Source: Marsupella aquatica
Lineage: Eukaryota > Plantae > Marchantiophyta
NCBI GenBank assembly: GCA_973895155.1
Contig: CCZZQB010000054.1
Coordinates: forward strand, 6,182-70,181
Length of the DNA stretch: 64,000 nucleotides
Reading direction: 5' to 3'
Positions 11,138 through 23,404 of the stretch are shown here, one piece after another; positions within the stretch are counted from its first letter, which is position 1, and every line of letters starts with the position of its first letter. Below the pieces are notes generated by a model, which saw only the letters and a program-made list of their open reading frames with translations, was not told where the DNA came from and did not search any database. The position numbers and the translations under genes are program-made.

Positions 11138-14100
11138 CTTCCAAAAATAGCAAAGTCATCTATGAATACTTCCAAGAACTTTCTCAAGTAGTCATGAAAG
11201 ATATTCATCATCAACCTTTGGAACATACCAGGGGCATTACAAAGACCAAAAGGCATCCTCCGAAAGGCATAAATCCCCCACTCAGTAGTAAAGGCTGTCT
11301 TCAACCGGTCCTCCTTCCTTATCCAAATCTGGTTGTAACCTGAGTACCCATCTAGGAAGCTATACACTTCCCAACCAGCTACTAAGTCAAGTACCATATC
11401 AGTAAAGGGGATGGGATAGTGGTCCTTCTTAGTGGCCTCATTGAGTTTCCTAAAGTCTTGGCAAACTTGGATCTTAGGCTTACCATCCAAGCCTGGTTTC
11501 TTTGGTACAATGACAATTGGGGAAACCCACTCACTATTCAACACAGGATAGATGAAACCTGCTTCCAACAATTTGTCTATCTCTTCTTTCACCATCAAGG
11601 AGTACTTGGGATTCATTCTATATTGCCTTTGTCTCACAGGTGAAGCTCCTAGCATCAAGTCAATTCTATGCTCACCAAGTTCAGGGTTTACACCAGTAAG
11701 ATCCAAATGACTCCAAGCAAACACATCCACATATTCACCTAGCAAATCTTGGATAGTTTTCTCTTCACCTGATCCCAAGGCATTTCCCAAGTTGAAGGTC
11801 TTGTCTTGCTGGACAGCGATGGTTCTGTACTGCTCAGCTCGAATCACCTCCATCTTGTTCCTCATTGTGGAGTCAAAAGTGTCTTCAAGTTGTGCCAATC
11901 TCATACCTCCATAGACTGGTGCATTTTCAGCACTTAACTCCTCCTTCTCCTTGCTTGAATGCTGGTCTTCCTGAGTCTCATCCTCCTCTACGTTTGCAGC
12001 CTCCAATTGGTCCTCCAGCTCCTTTATCTTGAGCTTCAACAATGCCAGGTGTTTAGCCTTCACCCTCTGGTCATGAGTCCCCTTCTTGATCTCAACTTGG
12101 GTAGCACCCTTGCTGCTCTGATCAGCCTCTTGAGCCACTATGATAGTGCCTTCTTTGTTGTTCTCCTTGGATGAGGTGGCAGCTGGCTTCACCTCCTCTA
12201 GACTGGTCATTTCACTGATATTGGGCAGAGGTGAATGGTTGGGAAGAGCCTCCTGCTCTTGCTCCTCTCCAAACACTTCTTCTTCAGTCCATTGGCTCAC
12301 CATGTTCAACATGTATACCTCATCCTCATCAGATGCAAATTCGGTACTCAACTCATCGGAAAGTTCAGAATCATATTCATCCAACTCATCAGTAGTCTCT
12401 CCTTGATGCTTGTCATGACCCCATGAAACTGAAGTGGCAGGTTTGCCAAATCTAAACTCCTTCTTGCCCCAATCAGTTACCACTTGGGCTCCATACAACC
12501 AAGGCCTTCCAATCAAGATTGGGTAAGTAGAGGGCCTTGCTGGTCTCATTACCAAGTAATTCAACAAGAACTCCTACCCCCCAATGAGAGTAGGTACTTG
12601 AGTGAGAGTCCCCACTGGTAGCACTCTTGCTCCATTTGCTAGTCTCATTGTCCTTGCTGTTGGCTGAAGTTTCTTGAAACCTAGTTGTTGGGCAGTAGCC
12701 TCAATCATGATATTCACACCTGAGCCTCCATCAACTGGTACATACGAGAGTACACACCCATTCACTTGAACATCAATCTCAGGTGCTCCAAGGTCTTCAC
12801 AAACCATCATCACATCAGCTGGGGTCCCAACCTTTGGAAGCTTCCTCCTTCTCCTTCCTACCAACATCTCCTTCAGTTGCCTCCTATACAAAGGGTTGTC
12901 TTTGATCAGCTGCCCCACTATAGCAGTAACCAAACAATCTTTCACATCCTTCTTGATGTCATAAGAGGGTACCTTGTTGGTCTCCTTCTTCTCCTCCACC
13001 TCAGCTTCTTCCTTCAAAGCTTTAGCAACCTTCAGGTCTTTGTTGATGGCCTCTTGATGCTCCTTAGCCTCCATCTCCTCTAGTTGCCTCTTGACTTCCT
13101 CATTCACCTTGGGATAGAAGAGCTTCGGATGGTCCCTCTTGTAGTCACTATCTTCAGCTGGTGGGACTTGAACTTCTGCTCCAACTTCAACTTTGGTTGG
13201 TGACTCTAGTGAGTGCTCCTTTCTTTCCTTCCTCTTCTTCCTCTCTTCCTCTCTTCCACTCTTTCCTTCTTTCTTGTGGACCTGGTAGACACCTTGTAAC
13301 ACATAGCTTCCTCCTCAGGTGTCTCCATTCCCGGTAGATCTGGCTGGTTCTCCCCACCAGCAACTTGTGTCACTCCATCTTTGGCCTCCTCTTGCCATTC
13401 CATACTCAAGAAGTTCACTATGGCTTCAGTAGGAGCTTTGGCAACTACTGGTGGTGGTGCTTCTATCCTTCCTACCATCATCTTGGCAGCAGATCCAATA
13501 GGACAGTTGGCTGTGGTATGACCCTCCCTTTTGCACACAACACAAAGAGGATAGGGAGCTCCTTGTCCCTGCCTCCTTGGTTCAGGGCAACTGTTGGAAT
13601 AGTGCCCTGGTTTTTGACAATTCCAGCAGATCACCACGGTAGTTTTTGCCATTCCCCCAGGTCCTTGAGGTACCATTTGATCCACCATCCTTGGTTGAAG
13701 ACCAGGCATAAGTTGAGGTGCCATGGGTGGAGCTGGTCTTCCTTGCAAAGTTCTTGGGCCTCCTGAAATCTGGTACACCATCTCCGGGGCTTCTTCATAG
13801 AAGTAGTCCACCACTTCACTTGCTTGATAAACCTCACTGGGCTCTTCATTGACATATTGAACTTGATTCCTCCAACCTTGGCACTCTTGAGGTGTATGGC
13901 CAAAACTCTTGCACTTGACACACCATACATGAGCTCTATTCACCGGCACCTTTCTCCTATCAGGTTGCATACCAGCAAAGTGAACTGATAGGGCCTTGAG
14001 TTGGTTGGTGATCTCACTCATCTTGGTGTCCATCACCTTCTTCTCTTTGCTTGCTGGTGTAGAACCTTCCAGCAAGTTGAAGGTTGCAGATTTGTGGTGC

Positions 14101-15027
14101 TTACCACTTGGCTTCTTCTTGCTGGCTCTCCTCTTTTGGTCGCTTTTTTTCTTTGCCTTCTTCTTTTTCTTCTTCTTCTTCTTTTCAGAGTCCTCCTCAG
14201 AATCAGCTTCTGAATCTGATTCTGAACTGGAAGTACTCTCCTCAGATTCTGAATCAGAAGTATCTTCAACTGAACTACTTGAGTCACTTGAGCTAGAAGA
14301 AGAATCACTATGGGAAAATCGCTTCTTCTTTCTCCTACTCTTGGAACTTGAGATCTCAGCACTCCTATAAGACTGAGCTGCCTCAATGGCCTCCTCCAAA
14401 GTATTAAGGTGGGCTTGCCTTACTGAGACACCCATCTTCTTGGGTAGGCTTGCCACAAACCATGCCAACAACATGGAGTCTACTGGTCTAGGGTCAAGCT
14501 TGGTAGCTAACCTTTGAAACCTTTGTAGAAACCTCCTTACCGACTCCTTGGATCCCATTCTGATCTCTCCCATCTTGATCAAAGCTTCTGATTCTTCTCC
14601 CACCTTCCTAAACTCCTGCAAGAAGGCTAGCTTGAAGGCATCCCAATCATTCTTGGTGGCATTTGATAGGTTGTTGAACCAAGGTCTTGCTTCTCCTCTC
14701 AAGACACCCGCCAAAGTGGTCAACTTAATATCAAACTCTCCATTGGTTTGGGCTGTCCCAATGAAGTCCTCCAACCAAGCATCAGGATCCTCCTTGGGCT
14801 TGCCATGGAATGTCTTGTATTGAAATCTTGCTCTTTGAGTCACCACCATGGCTGCCTCTTGCTCTTCACTTGTGTCGGTAGTAGAAGAGGATGTAGCACT
14901 CCACCCTACACTGGGTTCTACTTCAGCTTGCAAATGAAGGTCCTCCCAATCTGGTTGCTCCAACTGGTCACCAAAGTTGAAACTAAGAGAGGCTTCTCTT
15001 AGTGCTTGACTCCTTGTAGTGGGCATG
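11138..15027 (-). pseudogene. Element C gag-PR-RT, disrupted by a frameshift near 13210-13300 and an in-frame TAG at 12574-12576
   Basis: MPTTRSQ start at 15027, three CCHC knuckles, protease VPVDGGSGVNIM, RT SFLDGYSGYNQI...FIDDF. The segments are colinear with the single ORF of element G. Confidence 0.88.
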
Positions 15028-15132
15028 CCACTCACAATCACCTTCTTATCTCCCTCCTCTTGAACAACCAACCTGCAAACACACCTCCAAGTCTTGTGGC
15101 TCCACTCCCACAATACAAATTGCAAAGAGTTA

Positions 15133-15150
15133 TCCCTGGCAGCGGCGCCA
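15133..15150 (-). promoter_or_regulatory. PBS of element C (tRNA-Asp type)
   Basis: TGGCGCCGCTGCCAGGGA, similar to the Athila PBS TGGCGCCGTTGCCGGGG. Confidence 0.8.
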
Positions 15151-15170
15151 AAAACAAGGGTGGGACTCTA

Positions 15171-17157
15171 TGTCAAACACTTGTCAAGGAGCTTAAGCGG
15201 CTTTTCTCCCCAAAAGACTACCTAATACCTGATCCATATCATACCAGGGTCACAAAGGATTGACAAAACTTATGAAATGTGCCTACAATGACTAATCACT
15301 CCATACATAAGTAGTTTCAACTCTCCACTTCTAGAGAGGTAGTCCCCTTGACTACTTTTGTACTCACACCCTTCCCCTCTCCTCTACTCCAAGGATCAGC
15401 AAGGGGGATCTCCGCTCCAAGCTGTCACCTTAGAGAAGAGTCTCACACAAACACCCAAGAACCAAAGTACTTTCCTCTTCAAGCTTAAGTCTCCTCAAGA
15501 CCCTCAAAATAGTGTTACCCCTCAACCTTGCCCCCTGGCCTTGGTTTGGGTCCACACATCCCCTTTGAGCTCTAGAGAAGGCTCCTCTATCTAAGGACTC
15601 TTCCTCTTGTTCTTACTTCTTGTTAACACCATACACCAAGCAAAATACTTTCCACCCTCAAGCTATAATCCTCTCTAAGTCTCCAAGTAGTGCTCTACCT
15701 TAACCATGCCTCTTGGCCTTGGTTTTGTACTGGCACATCCCCTTCAAGCTTAGACCAAGATTACATCATAGCATGGACTCTTCTCTTGCTCTCATATGCT
15801 TCAAATGCACTCACACTTAATGGTCATAATGAAGATTGGCAAGTCTTCTTTTATTGCATCACCTTTACAACAAAATTTCACTACACATTCTCCACACTAA
15901 GCATGGACCACCTCTCCCTTCTCAAGCTTAGCCCTACCTTGGCAAGGTAGAGATTCCACTTAAGAGATGAGACTCCCGGTCCCTAACAAATGAAAACTTC
16001 CTCCTTATATACTATTCTCCTTCCACACCACACCAAGGTAGCCCACCAAGGACCAAGGACCAAAGTAGCCCACCAAGGACCAAGGACCAAGGTAGCCCAT
16101 CAAGGACCAAGGACCAAGGACCAAGGTAGAGGACCAAAGTAGCCCACCAAGGACCAAGGTAGCCCACCAAGGACCAAGGACCAAAGTAGCCCACCAAGGA
16201 CCAAGGACCAAGGACCAAGGTAGCCCACCAAAGTCCTACTAACTACCAAAGTCACACTACAATGAAAGTCCAACTAACTACCACTCCCACTCAAGCTCCT
16301 TCACCTTGTGATTGCCTGGTCTATTCAACCATCTCCTAGCCGCCCTTGTGCTTGACTTATTCCTGCCTTGTGGTAGCCTCGTCGAAGCATTTTTACACTT
16401 AGTCGGATTTCGTTATTTGGGAAAAACTATAATTCCCCGGCCCATATTGTACCCACCGCCAAAACTCACCCATAAGGCCAAAAGGACTTTTGAGTAGATC
16501 CATAGATTTTCTTGGCATAGGGCTATGTCCTGGTTTACTAAGATCTAAACAAAACCCTATAACAAATTTTCTAAAATTAGGTAAAGAGGGTTAATTCTTA
16601 TGTTTTCCAAAATTCTTCTCAACTTTGAGATGCTCCCAAAACGTAACCGAAGGTAACCAAGTTCTCCCACAAGTTTCCAGGGATAGAGTGGACCATATTT
16701 AACCTATTTTGCAACTTGGAACCCCTAACTTTTCCCATCAGCTATTTTTCCCGAGACCCGCTATTTGGTAACTTTAAGTTTTGCCAAAATACTTACAACT
16801 CCTAGGTTAAGACCCCACTTGACTTTGTGACTTTTATGTGTGGTCTAGGGACTACCTAGCACCTATAGGGTGAGTCTTAGCAAAACTTATCACTCAAAAG
16901 TATCGGTCATGCCTTCGGCCCGACTTGCCGACTACCATAACTTTTTTCCACCCTTACCAAATAACTTACTCAACTCTTGATACTTCTAAGAGAAACATGT
17001 CCTCTCCCTCAATTTATTTCCCTACTCTACTTCCCTAGTTATTAAGTTACCTTAAACCTAACAACTCCGCTAATCACTAAACTATGTAATTACTACTCCT
17101 TGAAAGCAAAAAACTGACGCATTTCCTACTCAAGCCTCCCTTGAGCCATTCCACACA
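15171..17157 (-). repeat. 5' LTR of element C (about 1987 bp)
   Basis: Element-strand TGTGTGG...TTTGACA, bounded by the PBS spacer and by resumption of F homology. The partner LTR is outside the window. Confidence 0.7.
16025..16232. repeat. Compound tandem repeat (GGACCAA / GGTAGCCCACCAA units) in the C LTR
   Basis: Directly visible. Confidence 0.9.
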
Positions 17158-18317
17158 AAGCAGCCCGCCAGCCACGATGGAGGAAATCCGCAAGGCAGCT
17201 TGGGAACAAAGGCCGCGGTGGTTGATGCCGATGACTTCTACTCACTCCACCTATGCTAAAGAAATAGCCATGGTGTACAGGGAGATGTGCGAGGAACTTG
17301 CACTCAGCATCTTTGGGGAGGAGTTAGAGCAGGGACCTTTTTTCTAGAGGGAGATGTTGGAAAAATGCCGATTAGAAGAAGCGGTGGCTTTGGAGAGAAG
17401 AAAGAAAGACGAGGTCATCCGTCGGCTTAGGGCAAGGGAAGCCAAGGTGGAAGACCTGAAGGCGGACAGGAAAACCCAAGATGAGCTGCGGATTAAGCGG
17501 CATGAGGATTTAGGATAAACTGACTCAAACCCAAGGGGAGTTGGCCGATGCGGTCAAGGAGAGGGAGAAGTGGAAGCAAGAGCTGAGGGATGCAGAGGAG
17601 GCCCACATAGCAACCAACAATCGGGCCATGGCGGAAACCCAGAGAAGGGAGAGGGCGTTGAAGGGGGAGCTCAATGATATCCGCGGAGCCCTCTAGGAGA
17701 AGGAGGCCGAGTTAGGGAAATCCTATCAAATGATTATTGTGCTGCGGCAGGAGCTTGCATCCTTGACGGCCAGCTTCAAGGCCGACCTGCGTGAGAAAGA
17801 CGACCAACTTGATCAAACTTATGCCAAGATGAATAAAATGGAGTCTGAGGTCGTAATGAAGCTCAACAAGGAGCTAAGAGCAACCCAGGAGGAGAGGGCT
17901 ACCTTAAGGAAGGAGTTGGAGGAAGCCCAGAAGGAGCTGGAGGAGGCGCGCAAGGACCTGGACGAAGTGCAGGAGGAGTTGGAGGAAAGCACAAGGAAGA
18001 TGGAGAACTTACAACGGCAAGCTGACAACCAAACGGAGCGGCTAAAGAAACAAGCCGCAATATTTAAGTGCTTGGCGTCATCAAGTCCAACTCCAATTGG
18101 GGCAACCAAGTTGCAAGGAGTACTACTGGCCGAAGGACAAGCCGCGACACTCGCACCGGTGCCGGAAGGAAGTGGCAAGGGGAAGGGACCAGCTGCCGAA
18201 CCAGGGAAGAAGAAGAAGCGGAAACCTTCTGGATCAGGGAGTAATGCGGCAACTCAAGCCGTCGTGACTGTGATGCCTAGACAGGAATCACTCGGCCGGT
18301 TAAGTGGGTAAAGCAGG

Positions 18318-19708
18318 TGTCGTATAGTGCTAAGTATCAAAAGTGACTCTTCTCACCTAAAACCAGGGTTTCGATCCCTTTAAGAACAGATTTCAGAATG
18401 AATTGTATAACTTTTATCACTCCGAGTGATTTAGAGTCTTGAGCTCTATGTTGACTTCACTTCTCAATAAAAAAAATCGAATAAACAAACAACAAAGTAA
18501 CTGAACTTCTGATTTATGAATTAGAGAAGAAATGAGTAAGGATTTAGAGACTACAAGCTGCTACTGCCACTCCTTCAGAAAGGATTTGGGCTCAGTATAG
18601 ACATGAAATCTATCTCATAATTCATCCATCTCACTCTTCAAAACACAAAGGTTAATGATAATGGAATTCTCAATCTGATGAAGCAGAAGCTTTCTGATTG
18701 CAAATGAATGATATGATTTAAAATGCCGTCAACATGGTTTGACATCAGCGATACACAATTCAGTCAAACTCTAAACCATATTCCAGAATCAAAGCAACAG
18801 TACTAACTACTCTGAGAATCAGAATTTACTTCTCATTTATCATTAACTATTCTTGAATTGGCTAGCGAATCCCGACTCTGCAAGCAAGCCTAGCAGTGAA
18901 TTCAATACGAGTTTCAGAAATCTGCAACTGAATTCAATCACCACAGGAATCTCTTGAATTCAATCTTAACTTCAATCAATATAGCTTTACTTCCATACAA
19001 AACACTCACAGCATGCCTTGTTACAATGGAAGGAGGAGAAAACTATTCAGAAGACTCAATTCTGAATACAGTATTAACTCTATTTCTCTCTACTTCAAAT
19101 GAGCATTCTACTCTGTCTTATAAGTGCTGGAATCCTAAAATGGAGGAGGTAAGAACAGTCGTGCCTTTCCAAGCTTAAAACTAAACAAGGGAGAAGCACA
19201 GCATAAGTACTTCAACAAGGGTGGTAGAATACTACTTTACTAGTAATCTACTTCAAAAACTAAGTGTTGAGCGGACGCTGCTAGAAGCGTCGGGAGAATC
19301 TGGACGCTGCTAGAAGCGTCTTAAGTAAAACCAACGGACGCTGCTCACACTGCTCACAGCGTCAATACTAGGGTGGACGCTGCTCACAGCGTCGTGTGTT
19401 GAAGCTGACGCTTTCCACAGCGTCGGTCGAAATCCTCATAGAGTCTTGGTGGCGGTCGGGCGCTGCCAAAAGCGTCATGAGGAGGTTGGACGCTTCCGCA
19501 GCGTCTTGAGTAAAAGAAACGGGCGCTGGTCACAGCGTCGGGCAAAGTACACTAGGAATCGTCAGGAAAGCCGGAGATGTCAAATATTTCTATAAGTGTC
19601 CAGAACAAGTAAATGTTGGCCGGAAGGTGTCTAAAGTGTAAGTAAATCTTGTGATATGCTAAAAATAAACAAGTTTCCAGAAAAAATTGCAGGGACACCC
19701 ATACCACA
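18318..19708. mobile_element. Solo LTR E (1391 bp) inserted 49 bp into the D 5' LTR
   Basis: Ends TGTCGTAT...ATACCACA; TSD GCAGG at 18313-18317 and 19709-19713; no coding content. Confidence 0.88.
19274..19539. repeat. Eight copies of the split palindrome GACGCT-N6-AGCGTC within E
   Basis: Copies at 19274, 19303, about 19337, 19376, 19407, 19459, 19489 and 19522. Confidence 0.88.
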
Positions 19709-20036
19709 GCAGGAAGGCACCCTAGGAACACCTTAGTATAGTGACAAAACAAGGAAAATATAAACAATTAGGGGCAACCATGGAACCCGGGCAGAGGCCG
19801 GAGGTAAGGCTGAGGGTGAAAACCCGATTAGGGTTAGGGCGCGTTAAGCGTCGGCGGCTAGGAAGGATCAACGGGAAGAAGGACCGGCAGAGGAGAGGGG
19901 TAAGGAGCGCTTGCAGGAGATGGTGGCTCATTTGCGAGCACGAACTAGGCAGACGACTACGGGAGGCCAACTACTGTCAGCTGCTTAGGCAAGCACTCGG
20001 GAGAGAGTAGATACCGACGATCAACCTAAGGAGGGT

Positions 20037-22139
20037 ATGAGCAACGTCAATCAAGCGGCACATTTCTGGGGATGCCTGTTCGAACGGGCAACTGAGTACA
20101 TCAAGACTTACGAGGACGAGGAGTCAGAAAGGGCAGCTCGAGAACGGCAGGAGCTCGCTCGATTGTGGGAGCTGCAGAAGACGGCTTTCTTAGGAGGCGA
20201 ACTCATCAAGGACGAGTTCCTGTGGACGCCTACTTCCAATCAACTCGACGATCTTCTGTTTTGCAAAGACAGCGTCGTCGGCATCCGAGAGGCCATCAAG
20301 AACTGCAACGACATACACTGGGAATTAAAGGGTAGCACGGAAAGGTGGACCCGGGCAACGGTGCTAGGAGAGACCTCCACGGCAGCAGAGATGAAGAGGA
20401 AGGGAGCCGTCAACGATGAAGCCACCCCGGCAAAAAGAACGAGGTCGGCGGCACCAAAGAAGCCAGCCGAGCAGCAGAGCAGGAGGCAGGGAGAAGCCGA
20501 AGAGGAGGAGGTCGATCCCATCAAGGCCATTCCAACCAGGGATGACACCTGGAAGGGCTGGGCGGCAACCCTACCGGTGGAGGTGCAACTACATTTTGCA
20601 CGGGAGGAGGATGCATGCTTTACGGCCATGCAGACCAAGAAGTACCAAGGCTTCATGGCCGGATCCGGCTTGGAGGCCTTTGTAAGATTACCATGGCTGA
20701 AGCCGGAGGTACCGGAGTCAGACCTATTAGAATTCGTGGGGTCATGGGAACCCGAGACCAATTGCACGAGGATATATGGGAAGGATTTCTATCTTACTCC
20801 CAAGGTGATTGCCGAAGTGTTTGGCTTGCCGATGGGCAATAAGACCAAAGTTGATACTAGGAAGACCTTGCCTGACAAGGAGTTCCGGTCGTTCCCCGGG
20901 CCATCAACGAAGAATGGCTTCTTCCGGAACACCTGCACCAACCCGCACATAGGAGAGATGATCGACTTCTTGCGGGTGACCATGCATTGTAACTTGCCGA
21001 GGGCAGAGATCGGCAAAGCACAGGTCTATCTGGCAGAAAGGCCAGACCCAAGCCGGGACTACAACGGGTACCTCCTCAACCAATTGAAGAAGATCTTAAA
21101 GGAGGAGCAGCAGGTAATCGACATGGGGAGCGTGTCGCGGCTTGGCTATCACATGCCACTGTTGTGCCGGTATGCCAGAGGTCAGACTTTTGCCCCGGTA
21201 CTTCCCCTGCAGGTAAGGGCACCCGAGGAAGCTCCAACGCCGAGGCCGTTGGCTGAGAAGCCTCAACCACCTGTTAGTCCTACGATCGAGCAGGTGTTTA
21301 GGCCCAGGAAGGAAGACTTGCCGATGCAGCAACCAGGCATGCAGAGTCTGCTGAAACTACTGGAGAAAGAAAAGAAATCGGCATCGGCAACAACAACAAC
21401 GGCAACGGCAACAATGCAGGACACTACTACAGAGGTAGGCCTACACCGGCTCACAAGAGAAAACCCCTTTGCTGGAGACAAGGAGAGAATCAGGCCGGAA
21501 TCCAAGCCAGGTGTTCGAATGTACGTGGGAACCTCAAGCTCCGAATCTGAGGCAGAATTGCCTGAAGCTCCTACCGAGGAAGAGGAGAGGGAGAAGCCCG
21601 AAATCCAAGAGGTAGAGGAGGCAGTGGAGGACTGCAGCCATGATAATTCCGGCTATGGGTCGGACCATTACGTTCCAGGAGTAAGGACCTGTGGCCGGTT
21701 TGTCCCCACACTTCCAAGGGTAGTGCGAGGGGACCCCAACCAGCAGAGTAGCCCTGAGTCTCCCCCACCAGATGTTGCTCCCCCGAGCTTCGACGGCATA
21801 AAACAGACGGTGCAGGAATTTCAGGAGCGAATCAAGCAAGAGGAAGAGGCCGCCCTGGCTAAGGAAAAGGATTTACCAGGAGGAGATTGGCCGGAGGACA
21901 TCAGGCGGCTAGCCGAAAAAGGAAGCAAACCTCTAGCCACGATTGAAGAGATCCGCAGGACGGCTTGGGAGCAGAGGCCACGATGGGCGATGCCGATCAC
22001 TTCTACTTACTCCACCTACGCTAAGAATAGAGCCATGGAGTATGGTGAGATGTGTGGGGAACTTGCGCTCGGCATCTTTGGAGAGGAGTTGGAGGTAGGA
22101 CCCTTTTCCATAGGGAGCAGTTGGAGAAGCACCAATTAG
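20037..22139 (+). CDS. LTR-embedded accessory ORF1 of D (700 aa); resembles Athila env-like / 'putative plant transposon protein' domains
   Basis: Lies inside the 5' LTR. The pattern SGLEAF...LLEFV...GKDFYLTPKVIAEVFGLP resembles gypsy accessory ORFs (recognised by eye). Confidence 0.7.
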   Translation: MSNVNQAAHFWGCLFERATEYIKTYEDEESERAARERQELARLWELQKTAFLGGELIKDEFLWTPTSNQLDDLLFCKDSVVGIREAIKNCNDIHWELKGSTERWTRATVLGETSTAAEMKRKGAVNDEATPAKRTRSAAPKKPAEQQSRRQGEAEEEEVDPIKAIPTRDDTWKGWAATLPVEVQLHFAREEDACFTAMQTKKYQGFMAGSGLEAFVRLPWLKPEVPESDLLEFVGSWEPETNCTRIYGKDFYLTPKVIAEVFGLPMGNKTKVDTRKTLPDKEFRSFPGPSTKNGFFRNTCTNPHIGEMIDFLRVTMHCNLPRAEIGKAQVYLAERPDPSRDYNGYLLNQLKKILKEEQQVIDMGSVSRLGYHMPLLCRYARGQTFAPVLPLQVRAPEEAPTPRPLAEKPQPPVSPTIEQVFRPRKEDLPMQQPGMQSLLKLLEKEKKSASATTTTATATMQDTTTEVGLHRLTRENPFAGDKERIRPESKPGVRMYVGTSSSESEAELPEAPTEEEEREKPEIQEVEEAVEDCSHDNSGYGSDHYVPGVRTCGRFVPTLPRVVRGDPNQQSSPESPPPDVAPPSFDGIKQTVQEFQERIKQEEEAALAKEKDLPGGDWPEDIRRLAEKGSKPLATIEEIRRTAWEQRPRWAMPITSTYSTYAKNRAMEYGEMCGELALGIFGEELEVGPFSIGSSWRSTN

Positions 22140-23404
22140 AAGAAGCGGTGGCTTTAGAGAGAAGCAAGAAGGACGAGGTCATTCGGCGGCTTAGGAGGAT
22201 GGAAGCCGAGATTGAAGATCTAAGGGCGGCCAAGAAAGCCCAAGATGAACTACGGATTAAACGACATGAGCTGAACATCATGCAGGGGCAGTTGGACGCC
22301 GCGCAGGCTGATAATCAGAATATCAAGGATAAACTGACTCAGACGCAGGAAGAGTTGGCCGACACGATCAAAGAAAGGGAAAAGTGGAAGCAAGAGCTAA
22401 AGAATACAGAGGAGGCCCACATAACAGCCAACAGCCGGGCCATGGCGGAGACCCAAAGAAAGGAATGGGCGTTGAAAGGGGAGCTCGAGAAAATCCGCGG
22501 AGCCCTTGAGCAGAAGGAGGTCGAGTTAGGGAAATCCTATCAAGGGATTATGGCGCTGCAGCAGGAGCTTGCGTCCCTGACGGCCAGCTTCAAGGCCGAC
22601 CTAAGGGAGAAGGACGAGATGCTCGAACAGACTTACGCCAAGATGAACCAGATGGAGTCTGTCATCATTGCAGAACTCGACAAGGAGCTAAGAGCAACCC
22701 AGGAGGAGAGGGCTACCTTGAAGAAGGAATTGGAGGAAGCCCACAGGGAGCAGGAGGAGGCCAAAAACGAGCTGGAGGGGGCACGTAAGGACCTGGATGA
22801 AACCCAAGAGGAGTTGGAGGAAATCACGAGGAAGATGGAAAACCTACAGCGGCGGGCCGACAACCAAACAGAGCGGCTGAAGAAACAAGCCGCAGTATTT
22901 AAAGGCTTAGCTGCAGCAGGTCCATCTCCTGTTGGGACAAACCAGTTACCAGGGGTGGTAATTGCCGAAGGACAAGCCGCGCCACCTGCACCAATGCCGG
23001 AGGTAAGTGGGAAGGGGAAGGGACCAGCTGCCGAGCCACCAACGAAGAAGAAGCGGAAACCTTCAGGGTCAAGGAGTAATACGACTTCACAGGCCGTGGT
23101 GATCAAGGAGGTAGACCCAGCACCGACCCCAGACAGGGTCACGGCTAAGGATCCAACTACCCTAGGGGAAGGGGAGGCCGAAGCCGTGGGAGTGGCTGAA
23201 GCCGAAGCCGTGGGAGTGGCTGAAGCCGAAGCCGTGGGTATTACCGAGGCCGGTGTCGAGGCCGAAGCCGAAGGTGGACCCAGTCAGGCCGATGGAGAGT
23301 TGACTCGGTCAAGGGCAGGTAATCTGTCAGTAGGCGGGCCAACGGCAGTGGCTAAGGAGGAAGTATTGGGGGCGTCCATTGAGGATCCACCACCGGTGTC
23401 GTGA
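22052..23404 (+). CDS. LTR-embedded ORF2 of D (450 aa, long coiled coil plus low-complexity tail); probably the C-terminal half of ORF1
   Basis: E/K/L-rich heptads and EAEAVGVA repeats. In element F the equivalent junction is in frame. Confidence 0.7.
   Translation: MWGTCARHLWRGVGGRTLFHREQLEKHQLEEAVALERSKKDEVIRRLRRMEAEIEDLRAAKKAQDELRIKRHELNIMQGQLDAAQADNQNIKDKLTQTQEELADTIKEREKWKQELKNTEEAHITANSRAMAETQRKEWALKGELEKIRGALEQKEVELGKSYQGIMALQQELASLTASFKADLREKDEMLEQTYAKMNQMESVIIAELDKELRATQEERATLKKELEEAHREQEEAKNELEGARKDLDETQEELEEITRKMENLQRRADNQTERLKKQAAVFKGLAAAGPSPVGTNQLPGVVIAEGQAAPPAPMPEVSGKGKGPAAEPPTKKKRKPSGSRSNTTSQAVVIKEVDPAPTPDRVTAKDPTTLGEGEAEAVGVAEAEAVGVAEAEAVGITEAGVEAEAEGGPSQADGELTRSRAGNLSVGGPTAVAKEEVLGASIEDPPPVS

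Larger units (their letters stand above)
1..17157 (-). mobile_element. Element C: Athila-like Ty3/gypsy LTR retrotransposon (3' part outside the window), interrupted by copia A
   Basis: Minus-strand gag, PR, RT, RNaseH. PBS TGGCGCCGCTGCCAGGGA at 15133-15150. The LTR-like segment 15171-17157 has TGT..ACA ends, and D-family LTR homology (element F) resumes at 17158. Confidence 0.85.

Noticed and set aside
18364-18379. CAGGGTTTCGATCCCT, resembling the initiator-tRNA T-arm on the minus strand
   Set aside because: No acceptor, D or anticodon arm surrounds it; it is too short to call a tRNA or SINE.
22049-22139. Programmed frameshift between LTR ORF1 and ORF2
   Set aside because: There is no X XXY YYZ heptamer in the ORF1 frame, and element F is in frame here, so a 1-bp deletion is simpler.
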